This document shows positions 1 to 12,174 of a stretch of 64,000 nucleotides of DNA, one piece after another; position 1 is the first letter of the stretch, and every line of letters begins with the position of its first letter. The DNA comes from Leucoraja erinacea (lineage: Eukaryota). The position numbers and the translations under genes were made by a program. Location of the stretch: NCBI RefSeq assembly GCF_028641065.1, contig NC_073401.1, positions 13,702,001 to 13,766,000 of the forward strand, read 5' to 3'. The notes below the pieces were generated by a model that searched no databases, was not told the DNA's origin, and saw nothing but the letters and a program-made list of their open reading frames with translations.

Positions 1-304
1 CTGTCGATTCCTTCAATGGTGGGAGGTCGATAACCATGATGGACTGGGTATTGTCTACCAATTATTGCTACCTTCTTGGTTCTTGGGCATTTGAGTTACC
101 AAATCAGGCTGTGATGCAACTAGTCAGTATGCTCTCTACTGTACACCTGTACAAGTTCGATCAAGGTTTCAATGACATCCCTGTTTATGGTATCCTGCTG
201 TGAATAAAATAATTTTCATTTTATATACTAATCACTGCACCTCAAGCAGCAATTTATTTATTAAATGTGACATACTTTTAGATCCACCCGAGACACAAAT
301 AAAT

Positions 305-440
305 CAGTCTGAAGAAGGGTCCCGACCTGAAACATCGTCTGTCCATTCTCTCCATTGATGTTGCCTGACCCACTGAGTTTCTCTGGCACTTTGGGTTTTG
401 GTCAAGGTTCCAGCATCTGCATTTGCATTTTCTTGTGTCT
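305..440 (+). repeat. Penelope-derived terminal repeat fragment with decayed hammerhead motif
   Basis: CAGTCTGAAGAAGGGTCCCGACCTGAAACATC...GATGTTGCCTGACCCACTGAGTT matches the 3' end of the Penelope element at 15555-15645. Confidence 0.7.
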
Positions 441-464
441 ATAAATAAATGTTTTTATTTATAG

Positions 465-725
465 ACACTGCCGCTTCCTCACAACTGTCTGTGTGGGGTT
501 TGCCCGTTCTCCCTGTGACTGCATGGGTTTCTTCCGGTGCTCTGATATCCTCCCACATCCCAACAGATGGGTTTGTAGGTTAATTGGCCTCTGTAAAATT
601 GCCTCTAATGTGGAGGCAGTGGGATAACATAGAACTAGCTTTGACAAGTAATCGAAGGTCGGCGTAGATTCAGTGGGCCGAGGGGCCTATTTCCATGTTC
701 TATCTCTAAATTCTAAACTAAACTA
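465..725 (+). mobile_element. tRNA-derived SINE (HE1/V-SINE-like), partial
   Basis: Core GTGGGGTTTGCCCGTTCTCCCTGTGACTGCATGGGTTTC and CR1-like tail shared with other copies in the window. Confidence 0.75.
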
Positions 726-984
726 ATCATCTTCAGAGGCCCACATCTTGTGGACAGATCATACCTGGACAATTGTCCTCATGGTCACGTAGATGTCAGC
801 TACTTGATAACTTTATGGTTTTTATATCAAAATTTGGAGAATAATTTGAGATTTTTCTTTCACACCTTGCCCAAAGTATTTATTTAGCTGGTGTTTGTAA
901 GCAAAATGAAGCTGATTATATGTTGATGTTGCTCTAAATTTCTGATATACTTTGGTAAAGTGTTTTATTTTAACAGTACAGTGT

Positions 985-1300
985 CTCTCTGTGAGAAAAA
1001 GTGTTTCCTCGTCTCCGTTCTAAATGGCTTGCTTCTTATTCTTAAACTGTGGCCCCTGGTTCTGGACTCCCCCAACATCGGGAACATGTTTCCTGCCTCT
1101 AGCGTGTCCAAGCCCTTAACAATCTTATATGTTTCAAAGAGATCCCCTCTCATCCTTCTAAACTCCAGAGTGTACAAGCCCAGCTGCTCCATTCTCGCAA
1201 TCCCGGGAATTAACCTTGTAAACCTACGCTGCACTCCCTCAATAGCAAGAATGTCCTTCCTCAAATTAGGGGACCAAAACTGCACACAATACTCCAGATG
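985..1300 (-). mobile_element. CR1/HER1-type LINE 3' fragment
   Basis: [33 protein letters not shown]...RTRGHSL, the CR1 ORF2 C-terminus. Confidence 0.9.
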
Positions 1301-1679
1301 TATCATTCAGTTGGACTTCTAATTGTAAGGCGAGCAATGGGGGAAGAGGAGTGGTCAAAAAGGAACACATTTAATTTTTCCAAAAGTAAATGGTAATTTT
1401 TCCCCCAATCACTAGCAAAATTGTCAACTGATATTGATGTGTTGTAAAAGATTGTAAGATAACTCACAATTGTAATGATCTTAAAATTATGTACTATAAC
1501 ATTTTCCCCCCTCCCCAAAAGTTGGTCACCTACTGTCCTGTCTCACCTCTCCCTCTCTCCTCTTTATAACGGCCATCTTCCCTTTCCACTCTCAGTCTTG
1601 ATGTAGGGCTTCAATCCAAAATGTCCACAATACCCCCCCTCCTCCCACAGATGCTTCATGACCTACCGAGTTTACTTTA

Positions 1680-2135
1680 GTTCAGAGATGCAGCATGGAA
1701 ACGGGCTCTTCAGCTCACGCCGACTATCGATCACCTGTTCACATGCGTTCAACATTATCCCACGTCCGCACCCACTCCCTACATACTAGGGCAGCGGTTC
1801 CCAACCTTTCTCGTCCCGTTTACCCCTGGCAACTTTAATTGCACATAACAATGTTATTTCACTTATTTATGAACAACTAATGATGAACAGATGTACAAAT
1901 GCAGAATCAACAAATTTACCCCCTGGGTAGGTGAAATTATGAATTTACACCAGGTTGGGAACTCTTGCACTAGGGACAATTTACAGCAGCCAATTAACCT
2001 ACAAACTTGCACGTCTTTGGGATGTGGGAGGAAACCGGAGTACCCAGAGGAAACCCACGCAGTCACAAGAACATGCAAACTCTGCAGACACAGCACCCGA
2101 GATCAAGATCGAACCCAGGTCTGTTGCTGTGAGGC
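1680..2135 (-). mobile_element. tRNA-derived SINE interrupted by a hAT MITE
   Basis: Reverse complement of the SINE core (GAAACCGGAGTACCCAGAGGAAACCCACGC), split at 1792-1967. Confidence 0.8.
1792..1967. mobile_element. hAT/Charlie-type MITE
   Basis: TIRs CAGCGGTTCCCAACCT / AGGTTGGGAACTCTTG; 8-bp TSD TACTAGGG (1784-1791) / CACTAGGG (1968-1975). Confidence 0.8.
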
Positions 2136-3609
2136 AGTTGGTTGTTTAGCTCCAGATTCCAGCGTCCACACGTCTCTAGAAAATTACAAAGTTTATTTAA
2201 CACACTTTCCTTTCATTGGCCGTAGTTGATATCATTACCAATCACCATTTCTTCAAGTTCACAGCCCCAGTTTTTAATTCTTGTAATCTATTTATTCCTT
2301 TTAAGTGGTCTAAATATCATATCTTCATTATACGCAACTTGAATGTATGTAACTTAGTTTTTCAAAATTTAAAACTGCAATATTTAATTAGTCATTACTA
2401 CCCACTCTAAACTTTCTGCAAAAGATCAAGGGAAATAATCAAATATTCTACGTGTCATGTCAGAATAATGATTCTATGGATCGAAGGATGAACAACAAAA
2501 TTATGCAAGTTTCCAACGTATTACTTCAAAACTATGCCACCATATTTTAATAGAAACAGCTGTTTTACGTAACATTATTAGAACACAAGTTTGAAGCCGA
2601 TTATAAATATTTAAGACTTTACAGTATTAAACAACTGAATTGTAAGATTCTAATCACTTTTCCAACGAATTGTAAATCTAAGTATAGGTCAGATAAGCAT
2701 CGTAAGCTAATTGAAGAACTATATTAGGTGTAACCAGTGGTGTTGCTCATGTCTTGCAGCGGATTTTTCCAAGTTTATAAATTTTGATAGTCATTTCACG
2801 ATTTAAATGCTATATCCATGTCTTAAAATATAAAATAAAGGTTTCTGTGCACTTGACACTGATTCCATGCTTATTATGCATTCCCGTTGTAATATGTAGA
2901 TTTAGCATATTTTAAAGTTCCCCTTCTAAACAACCAATCTCTGCTATAGGCTTACTTTCAGGAACAATTTCAAAATACATTTTCTGTTGATTATTACTTA
3001 ATCTCTAAGAGTGTGTTCTTGGTTATGATAATTTATCTGTTCCAGGATCAAGTACATTCAAAGTACAGTTAATGCCTTCAGAGGAAGTTATCAGCAAAAG
3101 CAAAATAAAAATATATACTTTAATATTTCCAGTCTACTCTACTAGTATTTCTTCAACCAAAAATCAATAACTAGGATCATTTGGAATACAGGTAGTTCTG
3201 CCACAGTGTGATAGCTGTGTCCCCAAGAAACCTCATGTTAAAGAAATGATTGTGTCAGTGAGGTGAGAAGTGGAAGAGGTTACGCTAGAGATATTCAGGC
3301 TGACAATAAGAACATTCTCTCTCCCACATGATTTTAAAAGAATAAAAGTATTTTTAATAGCCACAAGCTTATTTTTGTTACTGCAACCTTAAAATATTAA
3401 ATGCTGTTACATTGCACACGTATCAATAGAAGCCATTGCTGGACAATTTCAATGGCCACCCACAGTAAATCTAATCGACTGTTTTCTTAGAGACAATTGT
3501 GTCTGATTACCGCAGGAAGGTTACTTGGAAACACCGTAGACGTTTCCCCACACACCCGCAAGACAGATTTTTCTCTGGTGACTTTTAAGTGGTTCTCTGG
3601 TTATTTTAC

Positions 3610-3895
3610 ATTAGTTTTGGAGATACAGCGGAGAAACAGGCCCTTAGGCCCACTGAGTCCACACCGACCAGCGATCCCCGCATATTAACACTATCCCACA
3701 TACACTGGGGACAATTTACACTTATACCAAGTCAATTTACCTACAAACCTATACGTCTTTGGAGTGTAGGAGGAAACCAAAGAAATCAGAGAAACCGGGG
3801 AGAATGCACAAATTCCATATAGACATCACCCATAGTCAGGATTGAACCTGGGTCTCTGGCGCTGCAAGGCAGCAATTCTATTGCTGTGCCATCCC
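3610..3895 (-). mobile_element. tRNA-derived SINE
   Basis: Same SINE family; tRNA-like head at the 3840-3895 end. Confidence 0.75.
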
Positions 3896-4703
3896 TGTTC
3901 CTGATACAAATCATGTTATAACCAATTCACCTCACACAATACAAATTCTCTGATTTGCCAATTGTGTTATATCCATATATCAATTTGTGTTATGAAATAA
4001 AGAAATAGCAGAACTAGCTGTTAAATTCTAGTGTTGAAACTTTAAAGGTAATTTTGTCAAGAACCTGATCAATTTAGTTTAGAAAAGTAGATTCAGTTAC
4101 TTATACACTCGTTTAAACAAATCCATAATCAAATTAGTTGAACCAGAATCTAACACATGGATTAACCAGGAGCTAATGAAGAAAAATCCTAGAATATTGA
4201 TGTTGTAACTGTCACAGAATGATTGAGATATGCACACACATACAATTGCATTATTATCCATTTTCTTCAGCAAAACAGAAAACGGTTAACATCAAGGGCT
4301 TGAAAGAACATTTATTTGTGTTTGTGGATGATGGACCAGCACTTTACATAGACCAGCAGGGCTTCAGAAAGCAGAAATAAACAAAAATGGCTCAGAATTT
4401 CATGCATATTAATTACATGATATACTACACCATTAACAAAATGAAATATTTACAGGATTGAAAACCCTCAGTAATTCAAGAATGTGGCACTTTCTTCCGC
4501 AAGATTGTAAACTACTCTATATCAGACCGAGCAATAAAGTTCCTTTCATATTGCTGGAATAGTTAGCTAGTTTAGGTGGAAATTAAACTTACAATTTACA
4601 TATATTATACATTTAAAGACATGACGATCAAGATTGAAAATGGGGATAGAAATTGAAAAGGAAAGAAGGAATGAAATTATAAAAAAGCAGTTGTGGCAAA
4701 AGT

Positions 4704-4821
4704 TTAGGATTTTTTGTATTCAATCCGTTCTACTTTTACATCATCAGAGATCAGTTGATAAACATAAGTGACTACTGTGGATGCCTGAATGTCCATTAAT
4801 ACGAATGAAGGGATGATATTT
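4704..4821 (-). CDS. VPS29: VPS29 last coding exon
   Basis: Acceptor AG at 4822-4823; encodes [38 protein letters not shown]. Confidence 0.95.
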
Positions 4822-7800
4822 CTGGAAGAGAGAGTATAAAACTAGTTAGTCTCTATATTTTTTCTCTATGGCAAGCAATGCACAAAAGTTATTAGTAACA
4901 AACCTCTCTGGAAACTAAAAAATAACTTTGTGTTGAACTTCACAAAGGCATTTTGTGCCTTTTTGTACTTTGCATGTTATAAACACAAATGAATACTAAA
5001 TCCAATATTAAATATTCAGCTTTGTACCATTAATGTATATGAAATCGTTATTGACCTTGTTTTTAAATGAACAGACATTATATTCAATTCTGTGCCACAG
5101 ATATTTATTGCTTGATTGTAAACAGGCCCTAGGGCCCATCAAGTCCTTACCGACCACTGATCACCCATTCACATTAGTTCTCTCATCCCATTTTTGCATT
5201 CACTCCCTAGGGATAATTTGCAGAGGCCAATTAATTTATAAACCCACATGTCTTTGGGATGTTTGAGGAAACAAGAGCACCCGGAGGAAACCCATGTGGT
5301 CACAGGGAGAATGCACATTCCAGACACCACAGGGTTGGGATTAAACCCGAATCTCTGGTATTGCGAGGCGTCAGCTCTATCAACACTGTGACGCTCCTCA
5401 TTTTATTGGTTGCATCTTCTGAACTTTAAATGAATGCACTAATCCATCTCTTCCAATTCAAACATGTACGACCAGATCCAGCAGACTTTGGTGTCAACTT
5501 ATGAGTTGATGAATCAGAGTTTCACTATTCCAGTGAAACAAAAATTATGAATGAAAATTAATTACGAATGAAAAACCAAAGTTCTTGGAGAAAACCCACG
5601 CGGTCATGGGGAGAATGTACAAACTCTGTACAGACAGCACCCATAGCCATGATCAAACCCGGGTCTCTGGCACTGTAAAGCATCAACTCTACCGCTGCGC
5701 CATGTGATTATTATTTTCCCCAAATAATTATTTTCATAATGCCATTATTTGATACTATATCTGAGTACTTACCCTTCCAGTGCATTTCCAGCACCTGTGG
5801 CTGAACCTGGGTTGATATAGAACTTGCTCTCCTGTTCAAAGGCCTCAAACTTGTGCGTGTGCCCAGATATTAGGATATCGACATCGAGCTGCCGTTGTAG
5901 CAGAGCCAGGCTGGTCATGTCACCCCATGGGATCACCTGGTGACCATGGATCAGTCCGATTTTGAATTGGCCCACTGTTACCACTTTCTGCTCAGGATAA
6001 TTCAAATTCTGAAATTAAGATGAGAGCGGTTACATATTTAAAATAGTCTTAGATAGATACAAAATGCTGCAATAATTTAGGGTGTCAGGCAGCATCTCTG
6101 GAGAAAATGGATAGGTGAAGTTTTGGGTCAGGACCCTTGTTCAGATAGATTTTAAAATCAACTTTACAGTTGCAGCCCTACAAGAACTGATCTTTACAAC
6201 TACAACAACACTGATTAACATGCAGAGATGCTAAGAATGTTACTCCTGCTCCACATCATCCACTGTTATTAGTAAAGGATTCACTGCCATATTTCTTTGG
6301 TCAAATACACATTTGGTGAACTACCAACAGAAAAATATATATTTTCACAGACCAAGAATTAATGTCTCCAAGGTAAACTGGGGGGCATGAGTAGAATGGT
6401 TGTCACATGTACCTCAGTACAGTAAAATTACTTTCTTGCATACAGTTCAGTAAAATTCATACTATGCATAGGCACAATTGTACTTCAGTAAAAGAGTTTA
6501 GTATAGTAGATTATATCAAGACACTGAATTGATTTATCAATGTGATACATTTATCTTCCTATTTAATGTAATTAATTGTTCAGAGATAATTAATTTCTAC
6601 AGCAGCAAAAATCATAACATTAAAACAGTATCCCTTACCTCATCAAAGTCTCCTCTGACAATATGGACATCTCCAGCCAATGTTTTAAGATAATCATAGC
6701 TCTCTTTGGTGCAAAGATTGCCTGTGCACAAAATGTGCTGGATCTTACCCGGCACCAACAGCTTCTTGAACTTGGCTGGCAACGTATTACAGCGATGAGG
6801 AATGTGAAGGTCTCCCAGTACCAGCACCAACTGCGAGAAAAGCAGAAAATAAAAGTGCTAATAAATTATTCCGCACATGCAAATTAACAGAAATATATGC
6901 CATATCTTATGATTTTATTGTAAAGTTTCATTTGTCAGCAGTCAAATAGCTATAATGAACAGAATATATAGCTTCATGAATGTAATTCAGAATTTGTTAG
7001 TAACTAAAGAGTGAATAAATCGCACAGCGCTTACAAGGCTCCATTTGGCAATGATTAAGGTCAAGTCTTTTCATCCCCTCAATTTCGAGGATAAAAGTAA
7101 AAATAGTTCAGCCAGACACAAGTTCTTTGTTAACAAAAACATGCTTCGAAATTCATGTTTACAGATCACACAATATATCTTGCATACACTTGATTAGGAA
7201 ACAGATTTTTGAAGCCAATACTTCTGAGGATGTCACAGTGGCGCAGCTGGTAGAGCTACTGCCTCACAACGCCAGACACTCGGGCTTGATTCTGACCACA
7301 GGAGCTGTCGGTGTGGAGTTTGCATGCTCTCCCTGTGACCACATGGGATTCCTCCCACCTCCCAGACATGCAGGGGTGTAGGTTAATTTCTGCTGTAAAA
7401 TTGCCCAGAGTGTGCAAGGAGTGGATGGAGAAAATGGGATAACATTGAACTCTGCAAATGGCCGATCAATGGTCCCGTGGACTTGGTCTGCCAAACGGCC
7501 TGTATCCATTCTGTATACCTCACCTAAATTAAACTACTGCAGTTTACATTTCACATCTGCCACAGGCCAGGCCCATGATTTTCTTTGTGAATAGTTTTGC
7601 ATCATGCTTACTTTAATCAACTTGTGGATATCTAGTTAGCAGTTTTAACGTTGTGTTTAAGCCATTTCCTCTCTTTCTGCAGGCCAACACAAATTCATTT
7701 CTAGTTTCAGCACTCCACAAAAGACCTTTGTCAGGATTTGTTCATCAGACAATTACACCACATGAGCTGAATGTAATAGTTATCCTTTTACAGTGAGAAT

Positions 7801-10162
7801 ATTTATAGTTGCCAGGTCAGGCTCAAGAATTTTAGCATCAGGAATCTTGATTTGGCATCTAATCTCAAACGGCTGTGATAAAAGTAGTTCCGTTTCTTAA
7901 TATGACATTTGTCCAATTTTCACGGTTGACAAAGCAGGATTTCCAAATAAAAAGGCAGTCTTTTTTTTTTAACATTGTGCTCGGTTTTAGTTTCGTCTGT
8001 AGATTAGTAACTCTCAGTTTAAAGGTGTTCAGAGTGTGTCAATGGCCAAAATTGCCAATTAATCATACTCATATTCATCCCATGGCTGTGTACATTTTAC
8101 CCGATCTGCATACAGTCCAGGCAAAAATCTAGACCATGCCTTAAAATAAGATTCTAAACCAATGGAAATTTCAGTTACAGTTATGGAAACAAGGTGCTAT
8201 CTCTATTTCCTAAATTAAGAACATTTGAAGACATGGGGAAACAGATAACAGTTGCTAAGTCTGAGCAGTCTGAAGAAGGTGTCTGCGTTTAGTCTCGCCG
8301 ATGTATAAGAGTCCACATCTTGAACAACAGATACAGTAGATGAGGTTGGAGGAGGTGCAAGTGAATCTCTGCCTAACCAGAAAGGACTGTTGGGGTCCCT
8401 GGACAGAGTCGTGGGAGGAGGTATAGCACAGGTGTCGCATCTTTTGCGGTTGCAGGGGAAGGTACCCGGGGAGCGGTTGGTCTGGGTGGGAAGGAATAAG
8501 TTGCAGTGGAAACGGTCTCAGCAGAAGGCGGAAAGGGGTGGAGATGGAAAAATGTGGCTGGTGGTGGGATCCCGTTGGAGGTGGCGGAAATTTCGGAGGC
8601 TTATTTGTTGTATGCAATGGCTGATGAGGTGGAAGGCAAGGACTAGGGGTACTCTGTCTCCATTACGACTAGGGGAGGGGGAGCAAGGGGTACCGAGGAG
8701 ATACGAGTGAAGGCCTCATCTATGATGGGAGAGGGGAACCCCCATTCCCTAAAGAATGAGGACATCTCAGATGTTCTAGTATGGAACACCTCATGTTGGG
8801 CGGACATGCGGCATGGACGGAGGAATTGGAAGTAGGGGATAGAGTCTTTGCAGGGGTGCATATCTTTCATTGATTGTTCTTTATCTCTCCACATCACCGT
8901 CTATATCTCTCATTTCCCTTATCACTAACCAGTCTGAAGGGCCTCGACCCAAAACGTCACGCATTCCTTTTCTCCAGAGATGCTGCCTGTCCCACTGAGT
9001 TACTGCAGCATTTTGTGTCTATTATCAGAATGGTGTCAGATTAGGAAAAGGGGGGGGGGGGGGGTGCAACGAGACCTGGGTGTCCTGGTACATCAGTCAC
9101 TGAAAGTAAGCATGCAGGTGCAGCAGGCAGTGAAGAAAGCAAATGACATGTTGGCCTTCAATACCAAGAGGATTTGAGTATAGGAGCAAGGAGGTCTTAC
9201 AGAAGTTTTAAAGGGCCCTGGTGAGATCACACCTGGAGTATTGTGTGCAGTTTTGGTCTCATCATTTGAGGAAGGACATTCTTGTTACTGAGGGAGTGCA
9301 GCATAGGTTCACCAGGTTAATTCCCAGGATGGTGGGACTGATATATGATGAAAGAATGGATTGACTGGGCTTATATTCACTGGAATTTAGGATGAGAGGG
9401 GAACATAGAGAAATATATAGAATTATTAAGGGATTGGACAGGCTAGAAGCAGGAAAAATGTTCCTGGTGTTGGGGGAGTCCAGAACCAGGGGTCACAGTT
9501 TAAGAATAAGGGGTCAGCCATTTAGTACTGAGATGAGAAAAAACGTTTTCACCCAGAGTTGTGAATCTGTGGAATTCTCTGCCACAGAAGGCAGTGGAGG
9601 CCAATTCGCTGGATGTATTCAAGAGAGTTGGATTTACCTCTTAGGGCTAATGGAATCGTGATATGGGGAGAAAGCCGGAACGGGGTACTGATTCTGGATT
9701 ATCATAATCATATTGAATGGCGATACTGGCTCAAAGGGCCGAATGGTTTACTCCTGCACCTATTTTCTATGTCTCCACCTGACATTATGGCCACTTATTC
9801 TGTTCTGTCTGCGCAGAATACAAATATTTCAGGATATTTAGGCATTTCATAGATGGAAGAGGCGGTTCCTGGACGATATTATAAACCATAAACATTGGTG
9901 CAGACTCACTTAAAACATACAGTGGATGTTTCTGGACGGTCTGTCCAAACATCCTCAACCCCGTCCCTCCCTCCAGCTGATGGACATCACATGACCATTC
10001 CAAGCCCACTGCAGGCCCCGAGTCACCAACCACCGGCCCCCGACCATTGGAACCTGCTGCTCCGTCACCAGCTACACGTTAGAGACTCTATGCACACCCG
10101 TTATTAAGCTGAGGGGACAAAACGCAATCAATCAATCGACCAGCCGACTACGGACTCACCAT
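4704..10162 (-). CDS. VPS29: VPS29 retromer subunit, whole spliced gene model (182 aa)
   Basis: Exons 10160-10162 (ATG only), 6639-6830, 5773-6008, 4704-4821 give 549 nt with consistent phases and GT-AG junctions. Protein [15 protein letters not shown]...GHTH...[10 protein letters not shown] is near-identical to vertebrate VPS29. The first-exon position is less certain. Confidence 0.95.
5120..5705 (-). mobile_element. Two tRNA-derived SINE copies (about 5120-5395 and 5575-5705) in VPS29 intron 3
   Basis: Both carry the GAAACCCA(T/C)G(T/C)GGTCA..GGGAGAATG core. Confidence 0.7.
5773..6008 (-). CDS. VPS29: VPS29 coding exon 3
   Basis: [30 protein letters not shown]...GHTH...NPGSATG; acceptor AG and donor GTAAGT; 236 nt. 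Confidence 0.96.
6639..6830 (-). CDS. VPS29: VPS29 coding exon 2
   Basis: [14 protein letters not shown]...VRGDFDE; acceptor CAG and donor GTAAGG; 192 nt, phase 0. Confidence 0.96.
7228..7535 (+). mobile_element. tRNA-derived SINE, near full length
   Basis: A box TGGCGCAGCTGG, B-box-like GGCTTGATTC, core GTGTGGAGTTTGCATGCTCTCCCTGTGACC. Confidence 0.8.
8255..9020 (-). mobile_element. Penelope-like element fragments (GIY-YIG and RT end on minus; terminal repeat on plus)
   Basis: [30 protein letters not shown] (GIY-YIG) and [14 protein letters not shown]; opposite-orientation terminal repeat at about 8860-9020. Confidence 0.85.
9021..9775 (+). mobile_element. CR1/HER1-type LINE 3' portion
   Basis: [37 protein letters not shown] and the 3' tail GGGCCGAATGG..CTCCTGCACCTATTTTCTATG. 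Confidence 0.9.
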
Positions 10163-10300
10163 TTTCCCAGCGTCCGAACGGGAAGCAGCTCTTCAATGAA
10201 AAGACACGGCAGCGATCGAAGGCGCGGCCAATCCGGTCGCGGTTTAGGAGCGGGTGCCGACGGCGCTGCCACCAGGCCAAAGTTAGAACAGCCGCCGTTT
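10140..10300 (-). promoter_or_regulatory. VPS29: CpG-rich putative VPS29 promoter and first exon (ATG at 10162-10160)
   Basis: Minus strand reads CTGGGAAA-ATG|GTGAGT, a consensus donor directly after ATG as expected for the ATG-only first coding exon. Local CpG enrichment, CCAAT at 10228-10232, ETS-like CGGGAAG near 10179. Confidence 0.65.
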
Positions 10301-11245
10301 TGAGTTATAAATTCAAAACACACCACACAATTCCAACAGTACTTCCAGAAACTCTAGGATTCATTGTGCACAAGCGGGGAAATTAATAAGTAGATACAAA
10401 GAAGTGCAGGTGCTGTTTGCAGAAAAATACACAAAGTGCATAAGATCAGGCAGCATCTCTGGAGTAGTTGGATAGGTGGCATTTCGGGTCGGGACCCTTC
10501 CTTCAGACTCAATGAAGAATTAGTAATTTGGCTAATTTTCTGAGGTAATGGACAATTCCTGAAGTCAATATATCTATATTTTGCATTCTGTATTTTCCCC
10601 ATTGCTCTATCAATTTTACTTGTTTGAACTGATTGTATCCATGTTTGTATCCACATCTGATGTTTGACAAGCATGAAAAACATAGCTTTTCACTGAACCT
10701 AAACTGTCTTTCATGATAGTCCACTCATTTGTTCACTGTCAGAATCATTTCATTCTCTCATTGCTCAAATCATAGCACAATGAAAGGAAGTAAAACTGCA
10801 CAATTAATACTTTCCCAGCTGCGACACTTACCTTTGATTTGGCTTTCTTCAAGCCTAGTTGCCCACAGTAGTCGCAGGATAATGGAGTGACTGGGAATTG
10901 GTAATGTAATTGTACCACTGACATGGACAATGTAACTGAGGTATTTTCCTTCTCAGTTGGAGGGAAGGTTTCCCAGCAGGGCAAAATTCACATTGGCAGT
11001 AGCTTTTATGGTGATTATAACCATGAATTTGTTACGGAGAATTTTTGAAATAGACTGTCAGTTGCTTTCATCAATTTGAAATTTATGCCCGAGCTTCAAA
11101 ATTAAAAAATGTCAAAGGTCATAAAAATTGCAATTGATTGATTTGGTGCACGGACTGGAGCAAAGATTATAGAGGATAGGATCCTCTAGGATCTTTGGAC
11201 TGAAGTAGCCACAATAAACATAAGCACATATAGTAATGCAAACTT

Positions 11246-11555
11246 AGGGCAGCACAGTGGTGCAACTCTAGAGCCACTACCTCACAGCGTCAGAGACCTG
11301 GGTTTGATCCTGACCTTGGGTAATGTCTGTGTGGAGTTTGCACTTTCTCCCTGTGACCGTATGGGTCTCCTCCGGGTACTCTGGTTTACTCCCATATTTC
11401 AAAGACTTGCGATTTTGCAGGCTAATTGTCCTCTGTAAATTGCCCCCTAATTTGTAAGGAATAGAATAACATTGAATTAATGTGAACGGAGGATTGATGG
11501 TCGGCATTCCCTGGGCGGTATATGGGCCTGCCTCCCTGTTGTATCTCTACACTAA
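11246..11555 (+). mobile_element. tRNA-derived SINE
   Basis: Head GGGCAGCACAGTGGTGCAAC...GGTTTGATCC and the family core. Confidence 0.8.
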
Positions 11556-11789
11556 TCCAAAAGCCAGATGCTGCATTGTGAGAAAAATGATTGAACAAAG
11601 GCATAGAACATGGAAACATGCCATTCGGCCCATCTTGTCCATGTGGGCAAGGGCATATTGGGCCAGTCTTATTTGCCTGTATTTGGCTCATTGCCCTCCA
11701 AACCCTTCCTATGACTGAGATCTGAATGAAACAAGGCGACAAACCACAGGTACATGGTTTGTACAATTTGTGACGAAGTAAACCCTTTT

Positions 11790-12160
11790 TTGTGCACAAA
11801 GGGACTGCAGATGCTGGGTATACACTGAAGATAGACACAAAATGCTGGAGTAACACACACAGCAGAACAGTCCTCATTTCTGGAGAGAAGGAATGGTTGA
11901 ATTTTTTAGGTCAAGAACCTTCTTCAGACTGAGAGTCAGGGGAGAGGGTCGAGAGATTTGGAGGGGTAAGGTGTGAAAATGACAGATCAAATCAGTTGAG
12001 AATCAAGGAAATGTTCATTGTTGGATAAGGGGAAGGTGACAAGCAAGACTTACAAACTAAAATGAATCAGAACAGTGAATAGTCGGAGAACTAGGGTGGG
12101 GAGGGACGGAGAGAGAAGTTGAGAAATGAGAAAGTGAGGAAATCAATATTTGCAAGGTAT
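11790..12160 (-). repeat. Penelope 3' end and terminal repeat fragment
   Basis: AGACACAAAATGCTGGAGTAAC...CCTTCTTCAGACTG, similar to 15555-15780. Confidence 0.7.
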
Positions 12161-12174
12161 TTGATAAGGTGCCG

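Noticed and set aside
1-4300. Possible 3' exons of the expected syntenic neighbour (FAM216A or GPN3)
   Set aside because: No exon with recognisable protein similarity was found; the region is repeats and AT-rich sequence.
7228-7300. tRNA-like sequences at SINE heads (also 11246, 14143, 25609)
   Set aside because: Degenerate A/B boxes run into the SINE core with no complete cloverleaf; these are not tRNA genes.
6831-10159. The 12-nt AGHR micro-exon of the mammalian VPS29 long isoform
   Set aside because: I could not find a matching AG/GT-flanked sequence by eye; absence is not proven.
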